In this document: in pieces, positions 45,200-55,007 of the stretch | How the letters are laid out: every line of letters starts with the position of its first letter | How positions within the stretch are numbered: the stretch's first letter is position 1 | Source: an uncultured Nitrososphaeraceae archaeon | Lineage (GTDB): Archaea > Thermoproteota > Nitrososphaeria > Nitrososphaerales > Nitrososphaeraceae | Length of the DNA: 64,000 bases | Assembly (NCBI GenBank): GCA_963825865.1 | Contig: CAWGVG010000057.1 | Span: 32,001-96,000, forward strand | Reading direction: 5' to 3' | Program-made: the position numbers and the translations under genes | Notes under the pieces: model-generated | The model's input: only the letters and a program-made list of their open reading frames with translations | What the model was told of the DNA's origin: nothing | Databases searched by the model: none

Positions 45200-46147
45200 A
45201 TGAAGAATGTGACTCTAGAGAGATATAGTAAAAATCCTATATTACTTCCACGCGAATCTAATTGGTGGGAATCGAAAGCAGTTTTTAACTGTGCAATATC
45301 ATACAGTGGAAATAGAATTCATATGCTTTATAGAGCAATAGGAGAATATGAAAAATATATTTCAAGGATTGGATATGCTTTCAGCACAGATGGTTTTTAT
45401 TTTAATAGGACAAATGAGATTGCTTTGGCTCCTACCGAAAAATATGAAAAATATGGGATCGAAGATCCTAGGTTAGTAGAGATTGATCATCAACTATATA
45501 TTAGCTACGTTGTACTTTCAACTTACGGAAACCAAAGGCCCATAGCCTCAACTGCCTTAGCGACAACGACTGATTTTGGTGATTATACAAGACTCGGGAT
45601 CATAACCACCAAAGGATCAGATAATAAGGATGTTGTTCTTTTTTCAGAAAAGACAAATCAAAATATATACTTATTTTTACATAGGCCAAGCAGTTGGGTA
45701 GGTTCAAAGTTCGGTGTCAGCAGGCCAAGCATTTGGCTTGGTGAAGGTAGCTCGTTGACAAACTTTGAAAAACATACATTGCTTCTTAAACCAGAACAAG
45801 ACTGGGAAGCGCTAAAGGTTGGAGCAGGACCGCCTCCTATAAAAACAAAACATGGTTGGCTTTTGATATATCATGGTGTTGATAAAGATAAATTTTACAG
45901 AGCTGGTGCTGCACTTCTTGACTTGAATGAACCTAGTAAAGTAATTGGGAGGACAAGAACTCCTATTTTAGAACCAAAGGAACCATATGAGAAGAATGGT
46001 GACGTTAATAATGTGGTTTTCCCAACAGGTGCGTGCGTTATTGATGGAAGATTATTTGTTTATTATGGTGCTGCAGATAAAGTGTGTTGTCTTGCGTCTG
46101 CAGAGTTGGAAAGTTTGTTGGATTTTATTTTACAAGATCATCGTTAA
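45200..46147 (+). CDS. GH130-like glycoside hydrolase/phosphorylase
   Basis: Motifs NPIL, VFNCA, LYRA, IEDPR, NKD, HRP, LIYHGV, GDVNNVVFP, YYGAAD. Confidence 0.9.
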   Translation: MKNVTLERYSKNPILLPRESNWWESKAVFNCAISYSGNRIHMLYRAIGEYEKYISRIGYAFSTDGFYFNRTNEIALAPTEKYEKYGIEDPRLVEIDHQLYISYVVLSTYGNQRPIASTALATTTDFGDYTRLGIITTKGSDNKDVVLFSEKTNQNIYLFLHRPSSWVGSKFGVSRPSIWLGEGSSLTNFEKHTLLLKPEQDWEALKVGAGPPPIKTKHGWLLIYHGVDKDKFYRAGAALLDLNEPSKVIGRTRTPILEPKEPYEKNGDVNNVVFPTGACVIDGRLFVYYGAADKVCCLASAELESLLDFILQDHR

Positions 46148-46569
46148 TACCAAACTACTGATATTATTAAACTAAATATAGGTTATTAGCAAGAGTTATA
46201 ACATATTAGCAGGAAGCTAACATGTTATTCATTTTATTATTATCATTTGGTTGTAACGAATGATATCAACAATAGTTATACAAAATAAGTCAGCATTAAT
46301 TTCTTGAAGTCAAATATTTAGATGATATCGTAATGCTTGATGACGAAATCTAAATGAACAACACGACAAGAACTCTAGCAACAATAGTTCCTATCTTTAC
46401 AGCAGGCAGCATTAGTCGTAGATCAATTCTATCCTATAAGGTAATGGTAAATGGAAGCTGATTGCCAGCATTTTGACTTGCACGAAAAGAATAGATTGCA
46501 ACCACAGGGGCATTCAATAATCAGTAGTTAAATATATGAAATGTAACAAGTTTATAAGCAATCGAGATA

Positions 46570-46731
46570 GTGGAGGTGTTATATCAAATCGCAAAAGTGA
46601 CTTGTCCATCTTGTAAAGGATCTGGTAAACTTCCAGTTACACGAGAACCAAAGGCTGAATCACATGGTGAGGAGACAATTGGCGAATGTCCTGCTTGTCA
46701 TGGTAAAGGGGAAGCGAACAAGGGAGAATAA
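46570..46731 (+). CDS. DnaJ-type (CxxCxGxG)x2 zinc-finger microprotein; start uncertain
   Basis: Manual translation ...AKVTCPSCKGSGKLPVTREPKAESHGEETIGECPACHGKGEANKGE*. It falls below the ORF-track length cutoff. Confidence 0.7.
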   Translation: MEVLYQIAKVTCPSCKGSGKLPVTREPKAESHGEETIGECPACHGKGEANKGE

Positions 46732-47123
46732 AGCTTGTTACTAAAGATGGTGCTCTTGTTACATTGGGTCCAGGCTTCCATGCAGTAACAAAAGTCAATC
46801 CTGACCCATAGTTTTTTAAAGCCACCTTCGATGGTAAATGTGAAGATGTAATATCTGCGAGACGAGACCTGTATAATTACAAACATAGCAACACCACAAT
46901 CTGCATTCCTTATTTTTTATTAATCCCATGATACATCACTATTCATTATCATTAAGATAATCACCAATAGTACTAATTAATAGTAATACATATATAACTG
47001 GTCAAATTTTTTATAAGAATCGTTCGTATTTCCTAAACCCCGTGTACTTTCAAAGGTCCATAATCAATTAATACCGAAAATATTAAACTTACAGATACTT
47101 TATACAAATTATTGAAATAAAAT

Positions 47124-47171
47124 ATAGGCTGCTCAGGCTGGAGTTACTCAGCGTGGCAAGGCCCGTTTTAT
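47124..47171 (+). pseudogene. N-terminal remnant of a DUF72 family gene
   Basis: IGCSGWSYSAWQGPFY matches the characteristic DUF72 N-terminal motif, with no continuation. Confidence 0.55.
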
Positions 47172-47476
47172 CATCATCATATAGGCAAAAGATCTTGGCT
47201 CTGCTAATCCTGTTACCTCCTTCTCTTGACATAGTTGAAGGGTCTTGCAAATCTCAGAAAGCAGAAAGTAGTATGTGCATGACGTAACAACAAAAACAAC
47301 ATAAAAACGAAACTCACTCCTATTTTTTATTTTAGGTAATAGGGAAGCAAATAACAAAAGGTATTCAAGCAGAGATGATAACAATGGAAAAACAATAAGG
47401 CATGCTTTGAACCCGGTTATACTTTTACAGGTCTTATTACGTTAAACTTCCATTATGCATGCTATGCCGTCATTTG

Positions 47477-47665
47477 TTAACTCATCTCCTCGTTTTTTAA
47501 TCGATGTTCGGGAGCATATAACTGATAACATCTTTTGCAAATCTTTAGGTTGTGACCGAAGTCTGTGTATACTTTCAATTCTGCTTTACGTCCACATAGC
47601 CAATAGCATTCATTAGGGTCAGAAGAATAAAAGTTATTGTTGTTTGTTGGTTGGTCTGTCAACAA
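47477..47665 (-). CDS. small Cys4 zinc-finger-like hypothetical protein
   Basis: CYWLCG...ICKRCY. Confidence 0.5.
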   Translation of the reverse strand: MLTDQPTNNNNFYSSDPNECYWLCGRKAELKVYTDFGHNLKICKRCYQLYAPEHRLKNEEMS

Positions 47666-47719
47666 ATGAAAGGCGGTATACCAATTATTTAATTAATATA
47701 TACTTTCCAAGGAACAGTA

Positions 47720-48544
47720 TTGCATTACTACTATACTTTTGTTGCTTCAGAACAGGATTCGGCAAGTATGACTATGGTAAACTACTTGATAGATGACAAA
47801 GGTTTTTCAATATATGATGATAATAATAATTCCATTAAATCAAAAGTCTACAAAAATATTGAACTCTACATTTCTACCAAAAGTTCGCTTTATCTAGAAG
47901 ATTTGGACGAAATATACCCTCACTCAAAAGCATTTATTTTTCTTAGTAGACACAGATCTGAAAGCGGAATTCCTACTCTGACTTGTCATTGTACGGGCAA
48001 TTATGGTGTAGATACCCATTATGGTGGAAACCAGCGAGAAATAGCAATATCATATCCATATTTACAAAAACAATACCTCAAAAGGATCACTAATGCAAAG
48101 TCTTCAATTCCAGATTATGATATTATTATAGAAGCAACCCATCATGGGCCTACATCACTAAAAAAGCCAGTACTTTTTGCTGAAATTGGTTCAACAGAAA
48201 TACAATGGCTTGACAGAAATGCTGCTTCTGTTGTATGCGATTGTATATTGAATATCATTGCAAATGGTTTGGAGGAAAATTGTGAAAAAGTCGGAATCGG
48301 TTTAGGAGGAACACATTATCCTATAAAATTTAACAAATTATTGTTAGAGACTGAATTTGGTCTTGCAGCTGTGGCTGCTAAATATAACTTAAAATCAATT
48401 GATGAAAAAATGCTACATCAAATGATTGTAAAGAGTGTGGAAAAAGTTACTCATATAGTAGTTGACTGGAAAGGACTTGGAAAAGAAAAGAATAGGATAA
48501 TGAGACTAGTAGAAAATACTGGACTTGATGTATTGAAAGTTTGA
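47720..48544 (+). CDS. dtdA: D-aminoacyl-tRNA deacylase (DTD2/DtdA)
   Basis: Motifs FLSRHRSE, LTCHCTGN, EATHHGPT, EIGS, GLGGTHY. Confidence 0.92.
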   Translation: MHYYYTFVASEQDSASMTMVNYLIDDKGFSIYDDNNNSIKSKVYKNIELYISTKSSLYLEDLDEIYPHSKAFIFLSRHRSESGIPTLTCHCTGNYGVDTHYGGNQREIAISYPYLQKQYLKRITNAKSSIPDYDIIIEATHHGPTSLKKPVLFAEIGSTEIQWLDRNAASVVCDCILNIIANGLEENCEKVGIGLGGTHYPIKFNKLLLETEFGLAAVAAKYNLKSIDEKMLHQMIVKSVEKVTHIVVDWKGLGKEKNRIMRLVENTGLDVLKV

Positions 48545-48784
48545 TCAAAGATATATGAAAAATAAAACAATGATCCTAAAAACAGACCGACTAAAATTAA
48601 TTACCAAGGTTTGGAAAAATTGCCTCTACTATAAACGGTTCATAACCATCAAATAATATTCTCTATATATAAAAAATGGCAAATACCTACATCGAGTATT
48701 ACACTTATTATTTTTTATAGTGACAAGCAACTGGAAGGTACAAATTCTGCTATATAGTTATTGTTGTATTATTACTAACAGGAG

Positions 48785-49219
48785 ATGGCTACAAGACAAC
48801 AAAAAAGGGTTGATGTAGTTACGGTTTTTCTAGAACATGACGGAAAAATCCTCCTTCTCAGACGTAGCCAAAGGGTAAGGACTATGAAGACAATGTGGGC
48901 TGGAATAAGCGGGTACATTGAAAACGAAGATCCTCTGATGCGGGCTCTGAAGGAAATCGAAGAAGAAGCTGGGTTAAGTAATGAAAAAATAAAGCTTCTT
49001 TGCATCGGCAGACCTTTAGAAGCTATTGAAAGCGAGAAAAATCCAGATATACTCTGGATTGTACATCCATATCTTTTTCGTTCAAATACAAATCTCATCA
49101 AGATTGATTGGGAGCATGATGAATTAAGGTGGATAAAGGCACAAGAAATTCAAAATTATGAAACTGTTCCAAAGTTAAAAGAGGCTTTGGACCGCGTCTA
49201 TCCTATGAAGGATAATTAA
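48785..49219 (+). CDS. NUDIX hydrolase
   Basis: Nudix box GYIENEDPLMRALKEIEEEAG; also DWEHDELRW. Confidence 0.9.
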   Translation: MATRQQKRVDVVTVFLEHDGKILLLRRSQRVRTMKTMWAGISGYIENEDPLMRALKEIEEEAGLSNEKIKLLCIGRPLEAIESEKNPDILWIVHPYLFRSNTNLIKIDWEHDELRWIKAQEIQNYETVPKLKEALDRVYPMKDN

Positions 49220-49450
49220 ATTAAATACTTACATGGTATTATGGGTCCTATAGATGTATATGATTTAATAATAATGTGAATAACATGAGACCTAGTAATC
49301 CGTTATTTCTGATCCTTTTTCGCTATCCAAGGTCAAAATAAAAAATCTTAAACTGTAATTCGAACTAATGGATTTTTGATAAATGTAGATTTTAATTGAA
49401 CGATATTCTCATATAATATGGATTAGTTGTTATCATGAAGATGATCTCTT

Positions 49451-49740
49451 ATGGCAAAGAAGGTTATCGCACATTTCCGGATTAGGGGTAAAGATGTTTA
49501 CAAACTACTGTTGAGAAATCCAGCAGGCAAAGTCTCAATCTATGGTGATATCGCAAGGGTTCTTTGGTAATCCTAGCGCGGCACGGATAACAGGCAAAAT
49601 TCTTAATCAAATGCTAAACTTGGAGGATATGCCTGTGGATGGGAAATAAAAAGAGAATTGATTAACAAAGAAGGGATAAAATCTCAAAATGGGAATATAA
49701 AAGAGTTTAGAATGTGCAGAATGTTTTTCAAAAAGAGAAT
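49451..49740 (+). pseudogene. MGMT/ATL (O6-alkylguanine-binding) family remnant with the active-site segment missing
   Basis: DVYKLLL..PAGKVS.YGDIA...NP.AAR..G.IL joined directly to KLGGYA.G..IKREL..KEG. The PCHRV region is absent. Confidence 0.65.
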
Positions 49741-49749
49741 ATAAAAATC

Positions 49750-50196
49750 CTAACGAGTCTTGGACTGTTTTACGAGGTCTCTTAAGTGAGACAACGATCT
49801 TACCTGACCGCCATTAACTTTCTTGTAAAGTGACCAGTATGCCTCTCGGTTGATATCATTTCTGTCTTTTAATACCTTCAGATTATATCTCATTGATCTT
49901 ACTTTAGCCACATAGATTTTCTTCTTACCCATCCTCGCTGTCTTCTTACCCTTCTTTGAACCTGGACCTATTCCATGCTTTCTGCGAATAGTAAGTTTTG
50001 CTTCAGCACGTGCTCTTGATGTTCCCTTTGGTTTGACTGTCCAGATCGTTCTATTCTTTATCAGAGCACGTATATTTTCACGGGTAATTGAATCGGCTAC
50101 GTCATCAAGTTTATCGGGTTCAAATCTAACCCTGTTTACACCAACATCTAGCATTCTTGCAATTAACTCCCTTTTTTTTCTTATGTTTACAACCAT
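49750..50196 (-). CDS. rpl19e: ribosomal protein eL19
   Basis: DVGVNRV, ITRENIR, GPGSKKGKKTAR, LYKKVNGG. Confidence 0.95.
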   Translation of the reverse strand: MVVNIRKKRELIARMLDVGVNRVRFEPDKLDDVADSITRENIRALIKNRTIWTVKPKGTSRARAEAKLTIRRKHGIGPGSKKGKKTARMGKKKIYVAKVRSMRYNLKVLKDRNDINREAYWSLYKKVNGGQVRSLSHLRDLVKQSKTR

Positions 50197-50627
50197 TAAG
50201 AATTCTCCTCTCCTTGATCTTCCTCCTTATCGCTCTTCTTTGGTGCGAGTTTGCCAGCATTTAGTATTTTAATACCGATGCTATCAGCCTTTGCAATAAT
50301 TTCCTTTCTCTTTCTTATTCCAACTGTATGTGCTAACCTTGCGGCATCTTTCTTTGCATCTAGCTTAACAACATCATTTACATTGAAAACAAGGTTATCT
50401 GTATATCCTGACGGATGAAGTCCTCTTGCTTCTTTCGGTCCTCTATAGCCAATCTTGACAAGTGGTGGTACACCAGATACCTGCTTCCTCATTTTGTTAT
50501 CTTTGCCTTTTGGTTTTCTCCAGTTCTCGGCTAAACGATCATATCTCCAATTCTCTTGCCTGACAAATCTCGGTCTTCTGTCTGAGATTTTTTTTCTGGC
50601 TTGAAGTAATTCCTCATTAATGACCAT
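50196..50627 (-). CDS. rpl32e: ribosomal protein eL32
   Basis: RPRFVRQE, WRKPKGKDNKMR, IGYRGP..ARGLHPSG. Confidence 0.95.
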   Translation of the reverse strand: MVINEELLQARKKISDRRPRFVRQENWRYDRLAENWRKPKGKDNKMRKQVSGVPPLVKIGYRGPKEARGLHPSGYTDNLVFNVNDVVKLDAKKDAARLAHTVGIRKRKEIIAKADSIGIKILNAGKLAPKKSDKEEDQGEENS

Positions 50628-50789
50628 AGTGATACAAAATAAACAAGTAATCAGTTTTAAATAAATACGTTTCTGACTTAATCCTTTTTGATTATCATAC
50701 AAAAAACCATTGAATTATTACACTAACACTCGAATCTTTAGTACCTGAGTCTGCTTAGCAGAAAGGTTAATAGTTTCAACTTTGATTAA

Positions 50790-51418
50790 ATGAACATGAA
50801 AAAATATGAATTACCTCCATTACCATACGCATATGACGCGTTAGAGCCGCATATTGATGCAAGAACTATGGAGATACACTATACAAAACGTCATCAGACT
50901 TATACGGACAAGCTTAATGCAGCACTTGAAAAATGTCCTCCTGCTATTCAAGAAAAAGATATCCTAGAAATATTATCAAATCTTGACCAAGTTCCATCTG
51001 ATCAAAAAAGTGCAATCAACTTTAATGGTGGAGGATTTGATAACCATCGAATATTTTGGAACAATATGAAACCAAATGGTGGAGGAGAGCCGGCGGCTCT
51101 ATCGCTGATGCAATAAACGCATCCTTTGGAAATTTTTCAGACTTTAAAGAGAAATTCTCTTCTGCTACCGCATTGATTCAAGGTAGCGGTTGGGGATGGC
51201 TAGTCTATAATCCATCTTCCAATAAGGTAGAATACAAAACAATGCCAAATCAAACAAGTCCAAGAACAGAGGGTTTGGTCCCGCTCTTAGGATGTGACGT
51301 ATGGGAACATGCCTATTATCTCAAATATCAGAACAAAAGACCTGACTATATTTCTGCTTGGTGGAATGTTGTGAACTGGGACGACACTGCAAAACGTTAT
51401 GACAGACTAAAGAGGTAA
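50790..51418 (+). CDS. sod: Fe/Mn superoxide dismutase, frameshifted near 51092
   Basis: LPPLPYAYDALEPHID, NGGG..NH..FW, GSGWGW, DVWEHAYY. Confidence 0.93.
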
Positions 51419-51751
51419 GAATGCTTTTTCTTACTATTTATGATGTTATTGTAGAGACTTTATTCTGATCGCAGTCTGACCTTTTGAAAGATAAAAGAAG
51501 GCCGCTAGAATGATCTAAAGAATTATTGAAATAAAATAAAATAAAATACATGATTTCTGAAGACTGTTACTACCCGTCACATCTGGTTGTTATCAAATTT
51601 CACAAGCAGTAATTTGGTCCCTTCTGAGATCATATTCTCCATTTTCTCCTTCTTCTTGTAAGTTTATGATCTTGACAATGAGAGTGTATCAATAATTATA
51701 TTTAAAGTAAGTTATTATTGAGTTTTTGCCTTTTTTTGCAAATTGATGATA

Positions 51752-52453
51752 TTAATAGACTCCATAATTCTCCCTTGTAGTTCTACTGATAGCCATGTTA
51801 TAGTCGTATATCTTTTTTGAATATTCTTTTAATACAGGTATCACATCTGACAGCGTTTTGCTTGCATAGAATCCAGGACAATCACCAGTCAATTGAAATG
51901 TTGCATGTACAATCGGTATTCCTTTGTCAGATTCTAACCATGACGCAAATGGGTAGAGCCAGCAAACACCAGGTTTTTCAGGATGGATTCCACAATAGCC
52001 TTTTTCATCTAAAAATCTGCAGGTAAGCGGAACGCCATCCTGTTCTTCTTTCTCGTCCGTTTTTCGCTTTAGAGAAATCATCGTAAGCGTGGTTATTATA
52101 TTATCAAACGCTTCCTGTTCTTGCCAACTTGAGATTCTTGTCTCATTCTTGACAAACTCTGCTTTTGAATCATAACCCATCTTTTCAGCAATGGTTTTGA
52201 TATCATCTTTTGTAAGTGGTAGCCTCCCCTGTCGCTCGCAGCAATTATGACAGTCGGGCCATAGACATTTCCACAAAACATATAGATTATCTGTGGTAAG
52301 ATGAGGAATATGGAATACAACTCCGTCGATATTTATTGCTGTATCATCTACATCATTTCTTTTGCCAAGATGTAAATCATACACCTCGGGAGCTATTTTC
52401 CATTTTTTTGATAGTATGTCGAGTGAATCTTTGACAGAATTCTTGATGCCCAT
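51752..52453 (-). CDS. YkgJ-like cysteine-cluster (CxxCC) protein
   Basis: CLWPDCHNCC, CRFLD..G.CGIH..KPGVCWLYPF, CPG. Confidence 0.85.
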   Translation of the reverse strand: MGIKNSVKDSLDILSKKWKIAPEVYDLHLGKRNDVDDTAINIDGVVFHIPHLTTDNLYVLWKCLWPDCHNCCERQGRLPLTKDDIKTIAEKMGYDSKAEFVKNETRISSWQEQEAFDNIITTLTMISLKRKTDEKEEQDGVPLTCRFLDEKGYCGIHPEKPGVCWLYPFASWLESDKGIPIVHATFQLTGDCPGFYASKTLSDVIPVLKEYSKKIYDYNMAISRTTRENYGVY

Positions 52454-52533
52454 AGTTATTACTGCTATATTAGAAGGAACCCGGCGTTTAAATGTGCCAC
52501 AGAGAGCAATACTGAAGGGTTTTCACAACAGAA

Positions 52534-52890
52534 ATGACTCCACCATTAGAGGATACAAAGCAAAATGAGATCAAAAGCAAAGGAAAGCATGCATCTTCAA
52601 CTGAAAATCGTAGAATGGTGTGGGAAAAGGTTGTTTGGCCTTTAATATTGGAAGTTAACAGATCATATTTTACCTTAAGAGAATACCATATTAAGAGGAA
52701 TGAATTTTGTCGACTTTCCAAGGTGCGGCCATCAAAGGTTGCAGGTGGCTTTGTATCATTATTGGTTAAAGGGATACTTATCAGAGAAAAGAACATTTAC
52801 TCTATACACTATCGACTTATTCCATATATGCGAAAGAGAGTAAATTTGGAATACGGTCTTGTTATTAGAGAAGTCAATACAAAACGGTGA
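52534..52890 (+). CDS. basic hypothetical protein, possibly winged-helix
   Basis: Intact 118-aa ORF (VAGGFVSLLVKGIL...YSIHYRLIPY). Confidence 0.65.
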   Translation: MTPPLEDTKQNEIKSKGKHASSTENRRMVWEKVVWPLILEVNRSYFTLREYHIKRNEFCRLSKVRPSKVAGGFVSLLVKGILIREKNIYSIHYRLIPYMRKRVNLEYGLVIREVNTKR

Positions 52891-53068
52891 CATCAATTAA
52901 TATGCATTAAAGTCAATGGTAATTTTATGCAAATCGTCAATAAAGAGATTAACTTTTTATTTATTTTAATTAGTTGTAAGTGAAACTAATTGGAAATCAG
53001 TTAAAAGACTAAACTAGCGATAAAGTCAAATAACGGTATAGATGGGAATCTTTATGTAGCCCGTATGA

Positions 53069-53204
53069 AGCCCGGTCGAACCTGTATTAACTTAATCAGG
53101 TGCCGAATCTAGTGGCCAATCTCCAAGTTGGGCTAGGGATTTCAGGCTCTGGATCTAACAAGAAAAGAAACCTGGAGACAGCAGTTCGAATCTGCTCCGG
53201 GCTA
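53069..53204 (+). tRNA. tRNA-Gln (anticodon CTG) with three introns (53079-53107, 53120-53136, 53153-53169)
   Basis: Removing the three inserts gives the 73-nt cloverleaf AGCCCGG TC GTCT AGTGGCCAA GGAT T TCAGG CTCTGGA CCTGG AGAC AGCAG TTCGAAT CTGCT CCGGGCT A. Each insert has BHB-type junctions. Confidence 0.88.
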
Positions 53205-53207
53205 TAT

Positions 53208-54806
53208 TCATATTTTTGGGCCAGCATTTCGAATTTCTTTAGATGTCTCTCCGAATTTTTCAAAGTTTTTGACAAATAATGCTGCAAGTCTCTTGGCGGA
53301 AATATCATACTTTTCCTTATCAGACCAAGTGTTACGTGGGTCGAGAACTTCAGATGGAACTCTAGGACATAAAGTTGGGATTTCCAAGTTGAAAATGTCA
53401 TTATGTATAAAGGCGTTTTCTCTAAATCTCCATTCAATGCTGAGGTAACCATCGCTCTAGTATGCTTGAGGTCAATCCTCTTGCCAACGCCATATGGCCC
53501 ACCAGACCAACCAGTGTTAATAAGATACACCCTTGTATTATGCTTGGCAATTTTCTGTCCAAGCATCTTTGCATATTCCCTAGCATGCAATGGCATAAAT
53601 GGAGCACCAAAACATTGTGAGAATGTCTCTTTAGGTTCAGTGATTCCTCTTTCCGTTCCTGCCAATTTACTGGTATATCCGGACATAAAGTGATACATAG
53701 CACCTTCTTTTGTCAGTTTCGCAATCGGTGGCATTACCCCAAAGGCATCAGCAGTCAAAAAGATAATAACATTTGGATGATTAGCAACGCTTGGAATTAT
53801 TGCAGCAGGGATAAATTTAAGAGGATAAACAACTCGCGTATTTTCTGTAAGACTTCCATCAGAAAAATCAGGCTCTCGAGTATCTCTCTTAATAATGACA
53901 TTTTCCATTACTGCACCAAATCTTATGGCATCTCCAGATTTGCGGTTCATTTTCTTTTTTTAAATTTATGCATTTTGCATAACAACCACCTTCAAAGTTG
54001 AAAATACCTTTATCAGACCATCCGTGTTCGTCATCTCCAACAAGACGCCTCTCAGGGTCTGCTGAAAGAGTCGTCTTTCCTGTACCAGATAATCCAAAGA
54101 ACAATGCAGCTTTTCTATCTATTCCAACATTGGCCGAGCAGTGCATGGGAAACACACCCTTAGTGGGTAAAAGATAGTTCATTATAGAGAACATAGCTTT
54201 CTTAATTTCGCCTGCATAAGAGGTTGCGCCCATTAGAACAATTTTTTTCTTGAAGTTAATTATAATGAATGTCTCAGTTCTTGTCCCATCTATCTCAGGC
54301 ATTGCCCCGAAGTCGTTTACAGACAACAGTGTAAATTCAGGTTTATGATTTTTAAGTTCCTCCAGAGTCGGGCGGATAAATATTTGAGTCGCAAAAAGGC
54401 TATGCCATGCTTTATCGGTGATCACTCTTATGGGTAATTTTATTTCAGGGTCTGCTCCAACAAAACCATCAAAAACAAAAAACGCTTTGCCTTCGACGTA
54501 ACTTTTCATTCTGCCGAAAATATTTTCAAACTTTTCTGCTGAAATTGGATGGTTGACCTTACCCCACTCTATATTATTGGTAGTGTTATCGTCGACAATA
54601 TACTTATCATCTGGTGATCTTCCTGTAAATTTGCCAGTTTTTACAGATAGTGCGCCAGTAGAAGAAAGGTTTCCTTCATTTCTATGAATGGCAACCTCTA
54701 TCAATGATGGCACTGACAAGTTTCGGTGTATCCTACCGAGTCTGATATCCATCTCTTCGAGTTGCATCAGACACTTTGTAGTAATAGTCTTTGGGTCGTC
54801 ATTCAT
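53208..54806 (-). CDS. pckA: phosphoenolpyruvate carboxykinase (ATP), two frameshifts
   Basis: Motifs [52 protein letters not shown]. Confidence 0.95.
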
Positions 54807-55007
54807 TAATATGGTTTAACCATTGACGTGCATATTTAATTGATTTCATGCTATAAATAAGAAGTGACTTTTCTTCTTCTACTATGACGTATATCCGTAG
54901 ATTTGTATTTGAGCTATTAAGGGGAATGTATCTTATGACCGTTTTGAAAGACATAGATCTATCTGATACTTTGGACTGGACAAAAGCAAACCGTATAAGG
55001 TTAATTA

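Noticed and set aside
49750-50627. rpl32e-rpl19e outside the spc operon as a novelty
   Set aside because: As I recall, their location near sod, pckA and dtdA is shared with other Thaumarchaeota, so it is probably lineage-typical. Not verified by search.
53096-53207. Extended C-terminus of the pckA ORF given in the ORF track
   Set aside because: It is a frameshift artefact reading antisense through the tRNA-Gln gene. The corrected stop is at 53208-53210.
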